DNA of 64,000 nt from Theionarchaea archaeon (GTDB taxonomy: Archaea; Methanobacteriota_B; Thermococci; Methanofastidiosales; SZ-28-30): assembly GCA_018992685.1 (NCBI GenBank), contig JACVGT010000018.1:256001-320000 (forward strand), in the 5' to 3' direction. The position numbers and the translations under genes were made by a program. The notes under the pieces are model-generated. The model did not search any database. It saw only the letters and a program-made list of their open reading frames with translations, and had not been told where the DNA came from. How positions within the stretch are numbered: position 1 is the stretch's first letter; every line of letters starts with the position of its first letter. Positions 49,071 through 58,250 of the stretch are shown here, piece by piece.

Positions 49071-50706
49071 GGAATTCATGAACTCTCAAAGCCATGTTCC
49101 TGTTTCTCAGGACAGCCTGCAGTTCCTCCACCGAAGATGTTCTCATGTTCTCCACAGAGCCGAAGTGCTTCATCAACATTTTCTTTCTCTTTTCTCCAAT
49201 TCCTTTGATATCATCCAGGATGGATCTTTTCATCTTCTTTCGCCGTAGCGTCTTGTGATAGGTGATGGCAAATCGATGCGCTTCATCTCGCACCTTTATC
49301 AGCAGTTTCTTGGACACCTGTGACACTTTCCCCTGGGGAGTGAATACCTCCTCTTCCTTCTTGGCCAGAGCCACCACAGGAATGTCCAGTCCCAGGTCTC
49401 TCAGGGTCCTCAACGCGACACTCAGATGCCCCTTCCCTCCATCTATCAACAGTAAGTCCGGCAGAACTGTGGTATCCTTGAACCGTCTCTGCAGCACTTC
49501 CTCAATCATGGCATAATCATCAATCCCTGGAACCTGGATTTTGTAATGCCGGTAGTCCTTCTTTGACGGGTTCCCATTCAAAAAGCATACCTGAGACGCT
49601 GTGGCCTCCTGTCCCATAATGTTGGAAACATCATACCCCTCAATTCGCTCAGGAACCTTACTCAGTCCCAGTTCGTCCCGCAGAAGTTCAAGTTCGCCAT
49701 ACACGTACTTCAGATGGATTTCAGCATCCTTTTCCACCATTCGTAATAGCCTCTTTCTTTTCCCCCTCTTGGGTGTAAGAATCCTCACTCTTTTACCTCT
49801 CTTCCTTTCAAGAAAGTCCACGAAAGCCGGGTCCAGTCCTGTCTGCAGCACGATCTCGTCGGGGACGAGCCTGCTGGCATAAAACTCACTCAGGAACTCT
49901 TCAATGTCTGATTCCAGAACATACTGGTGCTTACCAATAATTCTCCCTTTTCTCATAACCATGACAGTGAAACATTTCGTCTTTTCACCTCTGACTGCAA
50001 TGACATCAATGTCTCCCAGAAAAGGATGGTTGATGTACTGGGTCAGCCGGGATTTCTCCAGAGCAGAAATTCTGTCTCTGATCAGGGCGGCCTTCTCAAA
50101 GTCCAATTCCTGGGAAGCATGTTGCATCTCTATTTCCAGTTCTGCTGTCAAATCGTCGATTCGCCCTTCTAAGAACATGATCAACCGCTTGACGTTCTGA
50201 GCATATTCCTCACGAGTGATTTTGTTTGTGCAGGGGGCAGGACACAGCCCAAGGTGATATTCAAGACATTCTCTCTTCTTGTGGGTCTTGCACGTTTTTA
50301 ATGGAAAGAGCCTTCTCATGAACTTCATGGTCTTCCGCAAGGCCTTGGCACTCTGAAACGGCCCAAACACTTTCCCATCGGTGACATCCCTGGTCACCAT
50401 GACGCGGGGGAATTCTTCATTGGTGACCTTCAGGTAGGGATACATAGTGTCATCTTTTAGTCTAATGTTAAACCGCGGTTTATACTCCTTTATGAGGTTG
50501 GCTTCCAGAAGCAGGGCATCTACCTCGTTTTCGCAGACTATGAACTCAGTGGCTGTGGTGTGGGCGACGATGTCTTGTGTTCTGGTGTCCGGGTTCTTCT
50601 GGGAGTACATGGTGAGTCTGTTCTTCAATGATTTGGCCTTCCCGATATAGATGACTGTGTCCTTCTCTTTCATCAGGTACACGCCCGGCCTGTCTGGATA
50701 ATCCAT
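49048..50706 (-). CDS. uvrC: Excinuclease ABC subunit C
   Basis: PGVYLM..YIGKAKSL (GIY-YIG), IEGYDVSN, LLIDGGKGH, RDEAHRFAI, HhH IKGIGEK. Confidence 0.96.
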   Translation of the reverse strand: MDYPDRPGVYLMKEKDTVIYIGKAKSLKNRLTMYSQKNPDTRTQDIVAHTTATEFIVCENEVDALLLEANLIKEYKPRFNIRLKDDTMYPYLKVTNEEFPRVMVTRDVTDGKVFGPFQSAKALRKTMKFMRRLFPLKTCKTHKKRECLEYHLGLCPAPCTNKITREEYAQNVKRLIMFLEGRIDDLTAELEIEMQHASQELDFEKAALIRDRISALEKSRLTQYINHPFLGDIDVIAVRGEKTKCFTVMVMRKGRIIGKHQYVLESDIEEFLSEFYASRLVPDEIVLQTGLDPAFVDFLERKRGKRVRILTPKRGKRKRLLRMVEKDAEIHLKYVYGELELLRDELGLSKVPERIEGYDVSNIMGQEATASQVCFLNGNPSKKDYRHYKIQVPGIDDYAMIEEVLQRRFKDTTVLPDLLLIDGGKGHLSVALRTLRDLGLDIPVVALAKKEEEVFTPQGKVSQVSKKLLIKVRDEAHRFAITYHKTLRRKKMKRSILDDIKGIGEKRKKMLMKHFGSVENMRTSSVEELQAVLRNRNMALRVHEFLKDTSGS

Positions 50707-50779
50707 GTGATATGCTTTGCTTTGCACCAGATAAATACTCGGTTGTCAGCGCATGAACCCTGAGAAATTCAAACGGCAG

Positions 50780-51556
50780 CTACAGTTCTTTCTGCTGACA
50801 GCATTCAACAAGTGTTTCAGCTGCCTGCATAGGATTGTCTGTCCTGAATTCTGACGAAAAGAGTCGGAACAAAAGCTGTACATACCTTTCCATTTCTGTG
50901 AGTTGCTCTTGCTCAGATATATCCTGATTGAGCTGAGGGATCTGAAAATCTGTCTTTAAAGAATGGGAGACAATCCAGGAGGCTGCAACAAAAATGAAGG
51001 CGTGCTGGATGAGGAACCTGCTCTGGGAAGACAGTCTCTGTATGGTGAAAACGATGCTTAGATATCGCCATATGGATTGAGGATTGTCACTCTCCGTGGT
51101 GCGGTGCAGTATTTCATGGGTGAGGAGTTCCAGCACCTTCTGATCAGATTGGTGCCCAAGTGGAATGCTGAGTGGAGTGCTTCTGGGCCATGGACGAAAG
51201 AAGGACATCACAGGAAACACGTCCAGAATCCCATCATAGAAGATCCACAACTCTTCCATCAAGGAAATGATTCTCTTCTGGTTGGAATCCCACACTCGTT
51301 CAAGGTGTTGTTTGAATTCACGCAACTCTTCACTGAAGGCAGGCCACTCTGCAGAAAAAGAGTCCCGAAAAGAGGTTACTTCCCGTCGGATGGGAAGGGA
51401 AATGCTGGAGAGCACAGCATCCAGGGATGTGCTGGAGACGAAAAGGCTTTCTACCTCTCTTGACCACAGATGGGATTTCTCTGATGAGAGCTGGTTTCTG
51501 GCATATCCCAGAAAATTGAGTGGTTCTGATACGTGAAAGATCAGTCGTAGTGTCAT
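50780..51556 (-). CDS. HExxH-motif protein, putative metallopeptidase of the RiPP cluster
   Basis: ELLTHEILHR; co-oriented directly downstream of the methyltransferase; start placed at MTLRLIF. Confidence 0.55.
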   Translation of the reverse strand: MTLRLIFHVSEPLNFLGYARNQLSSEKSHLWSREVESLFVSSTSLDAVLSSISLPIRREVTSFRDSFSAEWPAFSEELREFKQHLERVWDSNQKRIISLMEELWIFYDGILDVFPVMSFFRPWPRSTPLSIPLGHQSDQKVLELLTHEILHRTTESDNPQSIWRYLSIVFTIQRLSSQSRFLIQHAFIFVAASWIVSHSLKTDFQIPQLNQDISEQEQLTEMERYVQLLFRLFSSEFRTDNPMQAAETLVECCQQKEL

Positions 51557-51611
51557 GGTATCATCACATTGGAGGTACGAACTGAACCCTCGTCTTTGTT
51601 GTTGGGCCAGT

Positions 51612-52406
51612 CTATCGTTTTCGAGCAATGGCCTGTAGATGGTTTCCAACTGGACCGAACCCTTCTTCATTCAGGGTGATCTCGTAGGTCAGGATCTTTC
51701 TCCTGAATTCTGCATCGGTTTCAAGTCTCTCTCCCAAGTCTTCAAAATACGCTGCCCCGAGCGTGAGAAACACAGGTTTTCCCACCACTTTTACGAGATC
51801 CGCACCTGCTCTGTCAAATTCCTCCTTGAAAACTCGTGGAGTAAAGGTATACGTGCGCGTACCCCTCTTATCCACTGCAACTCCTTTGTCCAGAATGGTT
51901 TCTCCTTCACCAAAGCCATGGAGAACAGATTGTCTCATGAAAAACATATATCTATTGTCTACCCCAATTTCAATGTAGGAACCGGGCCTGGCCACTCTCA
52001 CCAGCTCTTTTATTGCCTGGAAGTGATTTTCTGCACAGTAGGAGACAGGGTCACCCTCTGACAACACGAAGTCAAAGTGGTCTGAAGGGAAGTCCAGAGC
52101 CGTGATGTCCCCTTCTGTTACAAAGATGCGGTCAGTCAGTCCTTCCTTCTCGATTTTTTCAGAGGCTTCTGAAAGCATTTCCGGAGAAACGTCCACCAGG
52201 TACACAGTATATCCTTCCCTGGCAAGCTGTATACTCCATTTGCCCGTTCCTCCTCCTGCATCAAGAATAACACCCTGTTCGGGAAGATAGTCCGTGATGT
52301 ACTTCCAGGTAAGGGCATCATAGATCCCCCAGGATCCTCCAGAAAACATCTTGTCATATGACTCGGCCAGTCGACTGTAGGTTTCTCTTGCATTCTCTCC
52401 TTTCAT
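51612..52406 (-). CDS. Class I SAM-dependent methyltransferase (RiPP cluster)
   Basis: ILDAGGGTG, VDVSPEML, FDFV, ELVRVARPG; starts 4 nt after the PqqD stop. Confidence 0.9.
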   Translation of the reverse strand: MKGENARETYSRLAESYDKMFSGGSWGIYDALTWKYITDYLPEQGVILDAGGGTGKWSIQLAREGYTVYLVDVSPEMLSEASEKIEKEGLTDRIFVTEGDITALDFPSDHFDFVLSEGDPVSYCAENHFQAIKELVRVARPGSYIEIGVDNRYMFFMRQSVLHGFGEGETILDKGVAVDKRGTRTYTFTPRVFKEEFDRAGADLVKVVGKPVFLTLGAAYFEDLGERLETDAEFRRKILTYEITLNEEGFGPVGNHLQAIARKR

Positions 52407-52410
52407 GCCA

Positions 52411-52665
52411 TCACTCCAAGAGCTTTAACTCCCTGAATCTGGACAACGTTTTCTCGACGTCCTCCTCCACAGTACTTCTGTCACTCTCCTCATCTGTGAG
52501 CATGTCCAGAAGGTCTCCTTCTGTCATCCCTTGCTGACAGGCTTCCATGATGGCAAGAGCTGTCTCATTAAATCTGTAGATTTTACCTGTTCCCATGTGA
52601 ATGATGTATGTCTCATCAGGTTCCTGCCTGATCAACACCTGGGAACTAACCTTGGGCAGACTCAT
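52411..52665 (-). CDS. PqqD family / RiPP recognition element (RRE)
   Basis: G.IYRFNETA..I...C..G.T...L...L.......EEDV...L..F.ELKLL is the typical PqqD pattern; overlaps the rSAM stop. Confidence 0.88.
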   Translation of the reverse strand: MSLPKVSSQVLIRQEPDETYIIHMGTGKIYRFNETALAIMEACQQGMTEGDLLDMLTDEESDRSTVEEDVEKTLSRFRELKLLE

Positions 52666-53956
52666 GGGCATTCCTCCTTTCATACATATACTCTAAATAG
52701 GGCGTCACAAGTTGCTTTATGTCAATACATGCCGGAGTAGAGAGATCCTCATTGACCAGCAGTGATTGATATCCGCAACCGCCTCCGCAGACCAGTGCCA
52801 GTTCACATTCCCTGCAGGTATCCATAGAGAAGATTGTCCTGTCTCTCCATTTCTGCATGTTCCCATTGAATGACAATTCCGGCGTATACACTCCAATACG
52901 ATGTTCTTTCCAGCCCAGCATGGCTCGACAGGGGTACACATCTCCAAACGGGTCGAATACGTACCGGTTGGTTACTGCAGCGCAATTCCAGAAGGATGGC
53001 CAAAACCGGGGGCGCTCAGTGTACAGAGACGCCAGTTTCACATAAGGTGACGCCTCGAAAAACTGGAGGTCTTCCTGCAGTGCCACATCCAAGACCTGCC
53101 TGTAAATCGAAAACAGCTTCTCAGAATTCTCAATATCCGGAATCTGATCACACAAGTGGATCATGGCAAAGTGGACGGTGGGGTCATCAATCCACCCCCT
53201 CTCTCTGTAAAAGAGGGCAAGCTCGTGTATCTGTGATAGAACCTCTGGATCGCTGTTGGTTCGAAGTAGTAATGTGATCCCCATATCCCTGGCTTTCTCT
53301 ATGTTCCTGACAATAATGTCGAAAGTCCCCTTTCCACTTCTTGAAATGCGTCGCCCATCATGAACAGATCGAGGGCCATCCAGCGTGATCTGAACAAATT
53401 CTATGTTCAATGACGAAATCTCGGGGAGAAAAGAATGTAACTCCACACCATTGGTGAAAAGTGTGAACTTATACCCCAGATCATCCCCTTTGCGTAATAT
53501 GTATTTTACAATATCAGCATTCTTCATCATCAGGGGCTCTCCCCCTGTCAGGGTCAGAGGTTTCTCCCGTGAACATTGTGCATTCAGCTCTTCCATGGCG
53601 GTAAATGCCTTGTCCACTGTGGATTCATCTATCACCGTGTTCATCATCTGAGGGCTCTTTACCCATACTTCATAGCAGTAGGGGCACCGTAGATTACAGT
53701 CATATGTTACCGCAATCGTGCTGTCTGCACACAGGGCTGTCTTCTTCATCAAGAAACTGCAAAAAGCCTGGGCTTTCTCTGCCTCCTCTTCCGGACGTAA
53801 ATTCGTAAAAAAGGGTTTCAACTCCTCAGTGACTGTACCTTCAAGTAATTGTTCTCCAGTTTTCTTATCCACAAAAAAGACTGCACCTGACAATCCATTG
53901 AGCAGTACGTACTTGTCCTTCACTGCAAATACCATGGTATACTGGCTCTTTCTGAT
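52646..53956 (-). CDS. Radical SAM/SPASM peptide maturase (start possibly ATC at 53956; first ATG at 53935)
   Basis: CNLRCPYC, TGGEP, QITLDG...HD.RR; SPASM C..(x)..DPFGDVYPC...CRECELALVCGGGC...C; N-terminal RKSQY...Y.L.N.LSG. Confidence 0.92.
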   Translation of the reverse strand: MRKSQYTMVFAVKDKYVLLNGLSGAVFFVDKKTGEQLLEGTVTEELKPFFTNLRPEEEAEKAQAFCSFLMKKTALCADSTIAVTYDCNLRCPYCYEVWVKSPQMMNTVIDESTVDKAFTAMEELNAQCSREKPLTLTGGEPLMMKNADIVKYILRKGDDLGYKFTLFTNGVELHSFLPEISSLNIEFVQITLDGPRSVHDGRRISRSGKGTFDIIVRNIEKARDMGITLLLRTNSDPEVLSQIHELALFYRERGWIDDPTVHFAMIHLCDQIPDIENSEKLFSIYRQVLDVALQEDLQFFEASPYVKLASLYTERPRFWPSFWNCAAVTNRYVFDPFGDVYPCRAMLGWKEHRIGVYTPELSFNGNMQKWRDRTIFSMDTCRECELALVCGGGCGYQSLLVNEDLSTPACIDIKQLVTPYLEYMYERRNAHESAQG

Positions 53957-54153
53957 GGACTCACCTCCTTTCTGTTCTGGCAGCCCGTCTTAAAAAGGTT
54001 TTCTCAATCCCTCAATTCCTGTCGCGTCCTCCATGACTGCGACTGCCACAGAGACTGCTTCCACCACGAGTCCACGTTTAATAGTCCAAAAATCTCTTCA
54101 AAAAAAGTAAAAAGAATAGGAAATGTTTGCGCCTTTGTAGTGCTGTATCACGC

Positions 54154-54231
54154 CTAATCTGCGATGAAAGCGCAGCACATGCACTGGTCGATCTCTACAG
54201 AAATCTCTTCAATCTTAGCGTTCGTGTACAT
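54154..54231 (-). CDS. Putative RiPP precursor peptide A (25 aa)
   Basis: Not in track. MYTNAKIEEISVEIDQCMCCAFIAD; SD AGGTGA; BRE/TATA at 54264-54278; T-rich tract downstream. Confidence 0.85.
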   Translation of the reverse strand: MYTNAKIEEISVEIDQCMCCAFIAD

Positions 54232-54263
54232 GGATATCACCTGCTCTCCCTATTTTTTCTTTT

Positions 54264-54278
54264 CTTATAAACTTTTCG
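54264..54278 (-). promoter_or_regulatory. BRE/TATA promoter of precursor A
   Basis: CGAAAAGTTTATAAG; the TATA ends 33 nt before the ATG. Confidence 0.7.
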
Positions 54279-54475
54279 GATAAGAATAGATAGGCTAAAG
54301 GACGCATAAGACACTTTGAATTTTCCAAGAGATATATAATCCAGGCCCAGAATAGCCTAAAAGGCAGTACAATATCCTGATAGCGTAACTGTCTGGCTTT
54401 GCCCCACTTGAACATCACGTCCGTTGACTTTCATCAGCTTGCCCTGACAGTACCGATCATTGAACTTGGAACCAC

Positions 54476-54518
54476 AAAAAAGAAAGAAGGAAAGAGAAAG
54501 AAAGAGAAAGAAAAAAAG
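54476..54518 (-). terminator. Pyrimidine/T-rich terminator of precursor B
   Basis: About 40 nt of T/C on the minus strand right after the stop. Confidence 0.6.
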
Positions 54519-54537
54519 TGAAGAAAATCGGAAAAGC

Positions 54538-54636
54538 TTATGCAACGACTCCGATGTTGTCTATGGGGGCAGCAGCGCAGCACATGCACTGGTCGATCTC
54601 CATAGAAATCTCTTTGATTTCAGCTTTTGTGTACAT
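54538..54636 (-). CDS. Putative RiPP precursor peptide B (32 aa)
   Basis: Not in track. MYTKAEIKEISMEIDQCMCCAAAPIDNIGVVA; same SD/start context AGGTGATATCCATGTACAC as peptide A. Confidence 0.85.
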   Translation of the reverse strand: MYTKAEIKEISMEIDQCMCCAAAPIDNIGVVA

Positions 54637-54668
54637 GGATATCACCTACTCCCTTTTCCCCCTTGAGA

Positions 54669-54683
54669 CTTATAAATCTTTCG
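54669..54683 (-). promoter_or_regulatory. BRE/TATA promoter of precursor B
   Basis: CGAAAGATTTATAAG; same 33-nt spacing to the ATG as in precursor A. Confidence 0.7.
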
Positions 54684-54843
54684 CTTAAGTTTAACGAAGG
54701 CGAGTGGTGTAGCAGTAGATGGTAATATGAATACGGATATTTCATTTGAGGTTATACCACGCTGATTCCCAGACACATTCTCCTTTTCAATCTGGACAAG
54801 GCTTCTAGTGGCGTAAAAACTCTTGAAAGGGTTGCCAGAAAAG

Positions 54844-56085
54844 TTATTCTCCGATCTTCATGCCCTCTTTTATCAAGAGCATGGCTGCCAATACTGCTGC
54901 AACAAGGCACACTGACGTGATCTGGAAAGTCATCCTTATGTTGAATAACTCTGCAGCATACCCATAAATCAAAGGAGCCACGATGCTGGCCACCCCTCGC
55001 ACTGATCCCAGTGTCCCGAAATATGTGCCGCGCAGTTCTGCTGGAACGATATCCACAATCAAAGCGCTCATGACCGGGCGAAACATCCCATCACCAACTC
55101 CAATCAAGGCCCACAGGACTATCATCCAAATCAGTGTGGGAGAATACGCCATGGCCGTGTTGAAGACAATGATGAGCGTCAATCCTAGACCGATGAAAGC
55201 TTTTCTTTTCCCCAGCTTGTCTGAAATCCATCCTCCAAAAGGCTGGACGACGGCAAAGGTAATCCAGGAAACGGCAACGATGGGCCCCAGCAGTTCATTT
55301 CCCGCCCCAAACACCTGGGTCGCAAACAGGGGAACATACACAGGGTAGACACGCAGGGCAAACGTAAAGAAGAATGAGTAAACCATCAATCCTAGGGTGC
55401 TTTTCTGTAATGCCATGGTACGGGCGCTCTTTATGAATCTTTGAAATCTGGTTGCAGATGAGGCAGGCAGTGGTTTTTCCTCTTTTCGTTCAACAGTTTC
55501 CTTGAGGAAGAATGCAAGCACCAAAGAGGAGACAAAGAAGCACGCAGATGTAATGTAGAACAGCTCTCTGAACCCAAATCCCCACGATATGATCGCGCCT
55601 CCTCCAAAGAGAGCTGCAGAATACACAATGCTCTCTACTGAGGAATAGAACCCAAACAGGGTTGCTCGCCCCTTTTCAGGAGCAACATCTCCCAGCATAG
55701 CACTGAGAACAGGCTGAGAGCTTTCAGAAACAACCGTACGAGCAGAATGAATGACTGCCAGTCCCAGAGCATTACGAATGGCAAGATAAAACGGGGTCAG
55801 AAAACTCACCAGGAAAGACAGGCCTACAATGAGCTTTTTCCTTCCATATCGGTCTGACGTATGTCCCATGAAGGGGCGCAATACCAGCGAACCCAGGCTG
55901 GCCAGCGAGAAAATGATTCCCAAGTTTCGGAAGCTGATACCTTGCTCCACAAAATAGACTGCGAATATTGGATTCAAGAACCCTGCGCCAACCATGGAAA
56001 CTCCGCCCGCCAGGAGAAGGGCCGGGATATTCGTTGATTGGGAGAGCAATTTCCAGACTTTCTTGATTTCCAGGAATGCTGACAT
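54844..56085 (-). CDS. MFS transporter (possible peptide exporter)
   Basis: 12 TM; GHTSDRYGRK and GWISDKLGKRK loop motifs. Confidence 0.92.
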   Translation of the reverse strand: MSAFLEIKKVWKLLSQSTNIPALLLAGGVSMVGAGFLNPIFAVYFVEQGISFRNLGIIFSLASLGSLVLRPFMGHTSDRYGRKKLIVGLSFLVSFLTPFYLAIRNALGLAVIHSARTVVSESSQPVLSAMLGDVAPEKGRATLFGFYSSVESIVYSAALFGGGAIISWGFGFRELFYITSACFFVSSLVLAFFLKETVERKEEKPLPASSATRFQRFIKSARTMALQKSTLGLMVYSFFFTFALRVYPVYVPLFATQVFGAGNELLGPIVAVSWITFAVVQPFGGWISDKLGKRKAFIGLGLTLIIVFNTAMAYSPTLIWMIVLWALIGVGDGMFRPVMSALIVDIVPAELRGTYFGTLGSVRGVASIVAPLIYGYAAELFNIRMTFQITSVCLVAAVLAAMLLIKEGMKIGE

Positions 56086-56374
56086 GTGAGTTCCTCCTTC
56101 GATGTCCCTTCTCTATGAGGATTTCTTTATAAGGTTTGCCCCCTACTTTTCATTCATTCTGACTTCTCTCAGAATACCTGCACTTTCAGAAGGACTTTAA
56201 TGAAATGAGAGCGTGGTCTGAGTTCATCGTGGTAGCGCGTGATGACACGTTCTCTGGTCATGGTGTCATCAATCCGAACCTGGAAGTATGACCCACCCTG
56301 TTCTGATGTCTGGAATAAAGAATCTGAAAAAGAATGAAAAACTCATATCAAATAGATGCGAATAAGTGAGGGTC

Positions 56375-57412
56375 TTACCATGATGAAAGAGGATCCGGGT
56401 CACCAGTTCTGCCTGATGCTGCATATGCATCTGCTCTGCATCCTCCGGTGCACAGTGAAAGATAGCCACAGTCACAGCATTGCTGGGGGACATGTGAGAA
56501 TGTCCTGCATTTCCAGATGAAATCTGATGTGCTCCAAATGGTTCTCAGTGACACTTTTTTTAGGTCACCTTCTTCTTTGCCCATGGCCCCACATGTACGC
56601 ACCGTTCCCTGGGGGGAGACTGCACACCATGTTATCCCTCCCTGGCAGCCTACTACATCAAATTTCTGGTAGATTTCGAGCATGGAAGGAATCCCCTCAT
56701 CTCCAAGACAACACAGGGGGAAAGGAGACTGTATGGACGCTCTTTTCACATCGCAGTGAAGGAGGAAGTCCATCAACTCAGAAATATTCTGGCTGTTAAA
56801 CTGCAGTGTTCGGTCAGCACATCTGCCCGTGAGAACCAGGCGAGTCATGCTGAGACTTGCTTTCAGTGATTGTGCGACTTCATCAACATGAGACAACTCC
56901 TTGAAATTCAGGCGGGTTAGTGCCAGGTTAATATTGGTGGGAACTCTGTGCTCTGCCAGCTCCTGGAGTCCCTTCACAGCTTTCCGGTAGGCTCCTGGAA
57001 CACCTGCGAGAACATCATGTGTTTTCTCAGTCCCGTGGAGCGAAACCTGCACTGAGGTATTCAGATGATGCAGCATCTGTGCTTTCTCTTCGGTCAGAAG
57101 GGTCCCATTGGTGACTACACACGTCTTCATCTTGCAGGTTCGTGCATATTCTATGAGCTCGAATATATCTTTCCGCAACAGGGGCTCTCCCCCGGTGAAA
57201 AAAAGCATCTTGACATCAGCTTCTCTCAGGCGGTCCAGAATTACCGTCATGTTAGTATCATGGTGGCTCTTGTGGTTCTTATCCCACACATTATAGCAGA
57301 ACTGACACAAATTATTGCATCGGGACGTCACTTCCAGTTCCACCGTTATGGGGGAGGAAAGAGCCCTACCCAGCTCATGAGACCCCTTTCTGAACTCATC
57401 GGGAGACTTCAT
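56375..57412 (-). CDS. Radical SAM/SPASM protein
   Basis: Start MKSPDEF after SD GGAGG; CNNLCQFC, TGGEPLLR; SPASM CQGG...G.VRTC...CCDCGYLSLCTGGCRA. Confidence 0.9.
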   Translation of the reverse strand: MKSPDEFRKGSHELGRALSSPITVELEVTSRCNNLCQFCYNVWDKNHKSHHDTNMTVILDRLREADVKMLFFTGGEPLLRKDIFELIEYARTCKMKTCVVTNGTLLTEEKAQMLHHLNTSVQVSLHGTEKTHDVLAGVPGAYRKAVKGLQELAEHRVPTNINLALTRLNFKELSHVDEVAQSLKASLSMTRLVLTGRCADRTLQFNSQNISELMDFLLHCDVKRASIQSPFPLCCLGDEGIPSMLEIYQKFDVVGCQGGITWCAVSPQGTVRTCGAMGKEEGDLKKVSLRTIWSTSDFIWKCRTFSHVPQQCCDCGYLSLCTGGCRADAYAASGRTGDPDPLSSW

Positions 57413-58250
57413 GCAGAACCTCCTGATACTGTGATGCGTCAGCACGTGCTCTGTCAGCATTTGTATACCGATGCTTGAACAGTACGCGGTTGTTTCGAAT
57501 GAAATATAAGGACATGTAACCAGAGAGGGGCTGCTCTTTGATACATGGCGTGCCGCCGATTTCTGAGATATCCGGGGAGGTTTTTTGAGATTTCGAGGAT
57601 TCGTGTTCATCAGTGGGCACCAGGACAAATACGTCACCTGCATCAGGAATGTAATCAAGAAGATGACACAGATCACGTTGTGCCCGCACGTGGGTGAGAT
57701 TTTCAATCTGAGAGCTGTGGCTTTCAAATGTGTGAGGAAGTGTTGTCTTCAAAGCAGAAAACATACTTGTGACGTAATGCAGATGGACTGCTTCGGTCCT
57801 GTACTTGTGCAGGCTGAAAGGAATCAAGAACGTCGGTACCTGGATGGAATTCTCTTGAGAAAAGACTTCGAGGGCATGTATCTTGGCTTGCACAGCCTCA
57901 ACCCTCCCATGGGAAATCCACCCGTCAGGAGAAAACATGCACCCTGTAGAGAATACGTTCTTGGGCAGCTCTTCCCCCGTTACTGCACTGGATAGGAGTA
58001 AGAATAGAGGGACTGAGGTACTCCATCCATCTACAGCGTCGCTATCCACTGAGACCAAGAAATCGTAATCATTACAGTCAAAAACCTTCCCAATCAATTG
58101 AGAAACTGCGCGCAGTTGGAATTGCCATTCCGGATAGAAAATGGTGGACGCATCCAGGAAGATCTTCCCATCACCTGTCATTCTCTGCACAGAGAGAGTC
58201 CGAGGAATTCCTCTATTCTCAGCTAGTACAAAAATGACTGTAGAGGTCAT
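57396..58250 (-). CDS. Stand-alone Lon-type (S16) Ser-Lys protease-like domain protein
   Basis: VDGWSTS (cf. DGPSAG), TG..SPDG.I..., QAKI; no AAA+ module; ATGA-coupled between two rSAM genes. Confidence 0.65.
   Translation of the reverse strand: MTSTVIFVLAENRGIPRTLSVQRMTGDGKIFLDASTIFYPEWQFQLRAVSQLIGKVFDCNDYDFLVSVDSDAVDGWSTSVPLFLLLSSAVTGEELPKNVFSTGCMFSPDGWISHGRVEAVQAKIHALEVFSQENSIQVPTFLIPFSLHKYRTEAVHLHYVTSMFSALKTTLPHTFESHSSQIENLTHVRAQRDLCHLLDYIPDAGDVFVLVPTDEHESSKSQKTSPDISEIGGTPCIKEQPLSGYMSLYFIRNNRVLFKHRYTNADRARADASQYQEVLHEVSR

Noticed and set aside
53989-54080. Possible third precursor peptide between precursor A and the rSAM gene
   Set aside because: Minus-strand frames give MVEAVSVAVAVMEDATGIEGLRKPF or MDSWWKQSLWQSQSWRTRQELRD. 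Neither has the leader or CMCC motif or a clear SD, and the region overlaps the rSAM promoter.
56239-56306. C/D-box sRNA (GTGATGA ... CTGA)
   Set aside because: No convincing internal D'/C' boxes, and guide complementarity cannot be verified here.
57413-57727. N-terminal 105 aa of track ORF 56375-57727
   Set aside because: Overlaps the Lon-like gene in another frame; the SD-supported start is at 57412.
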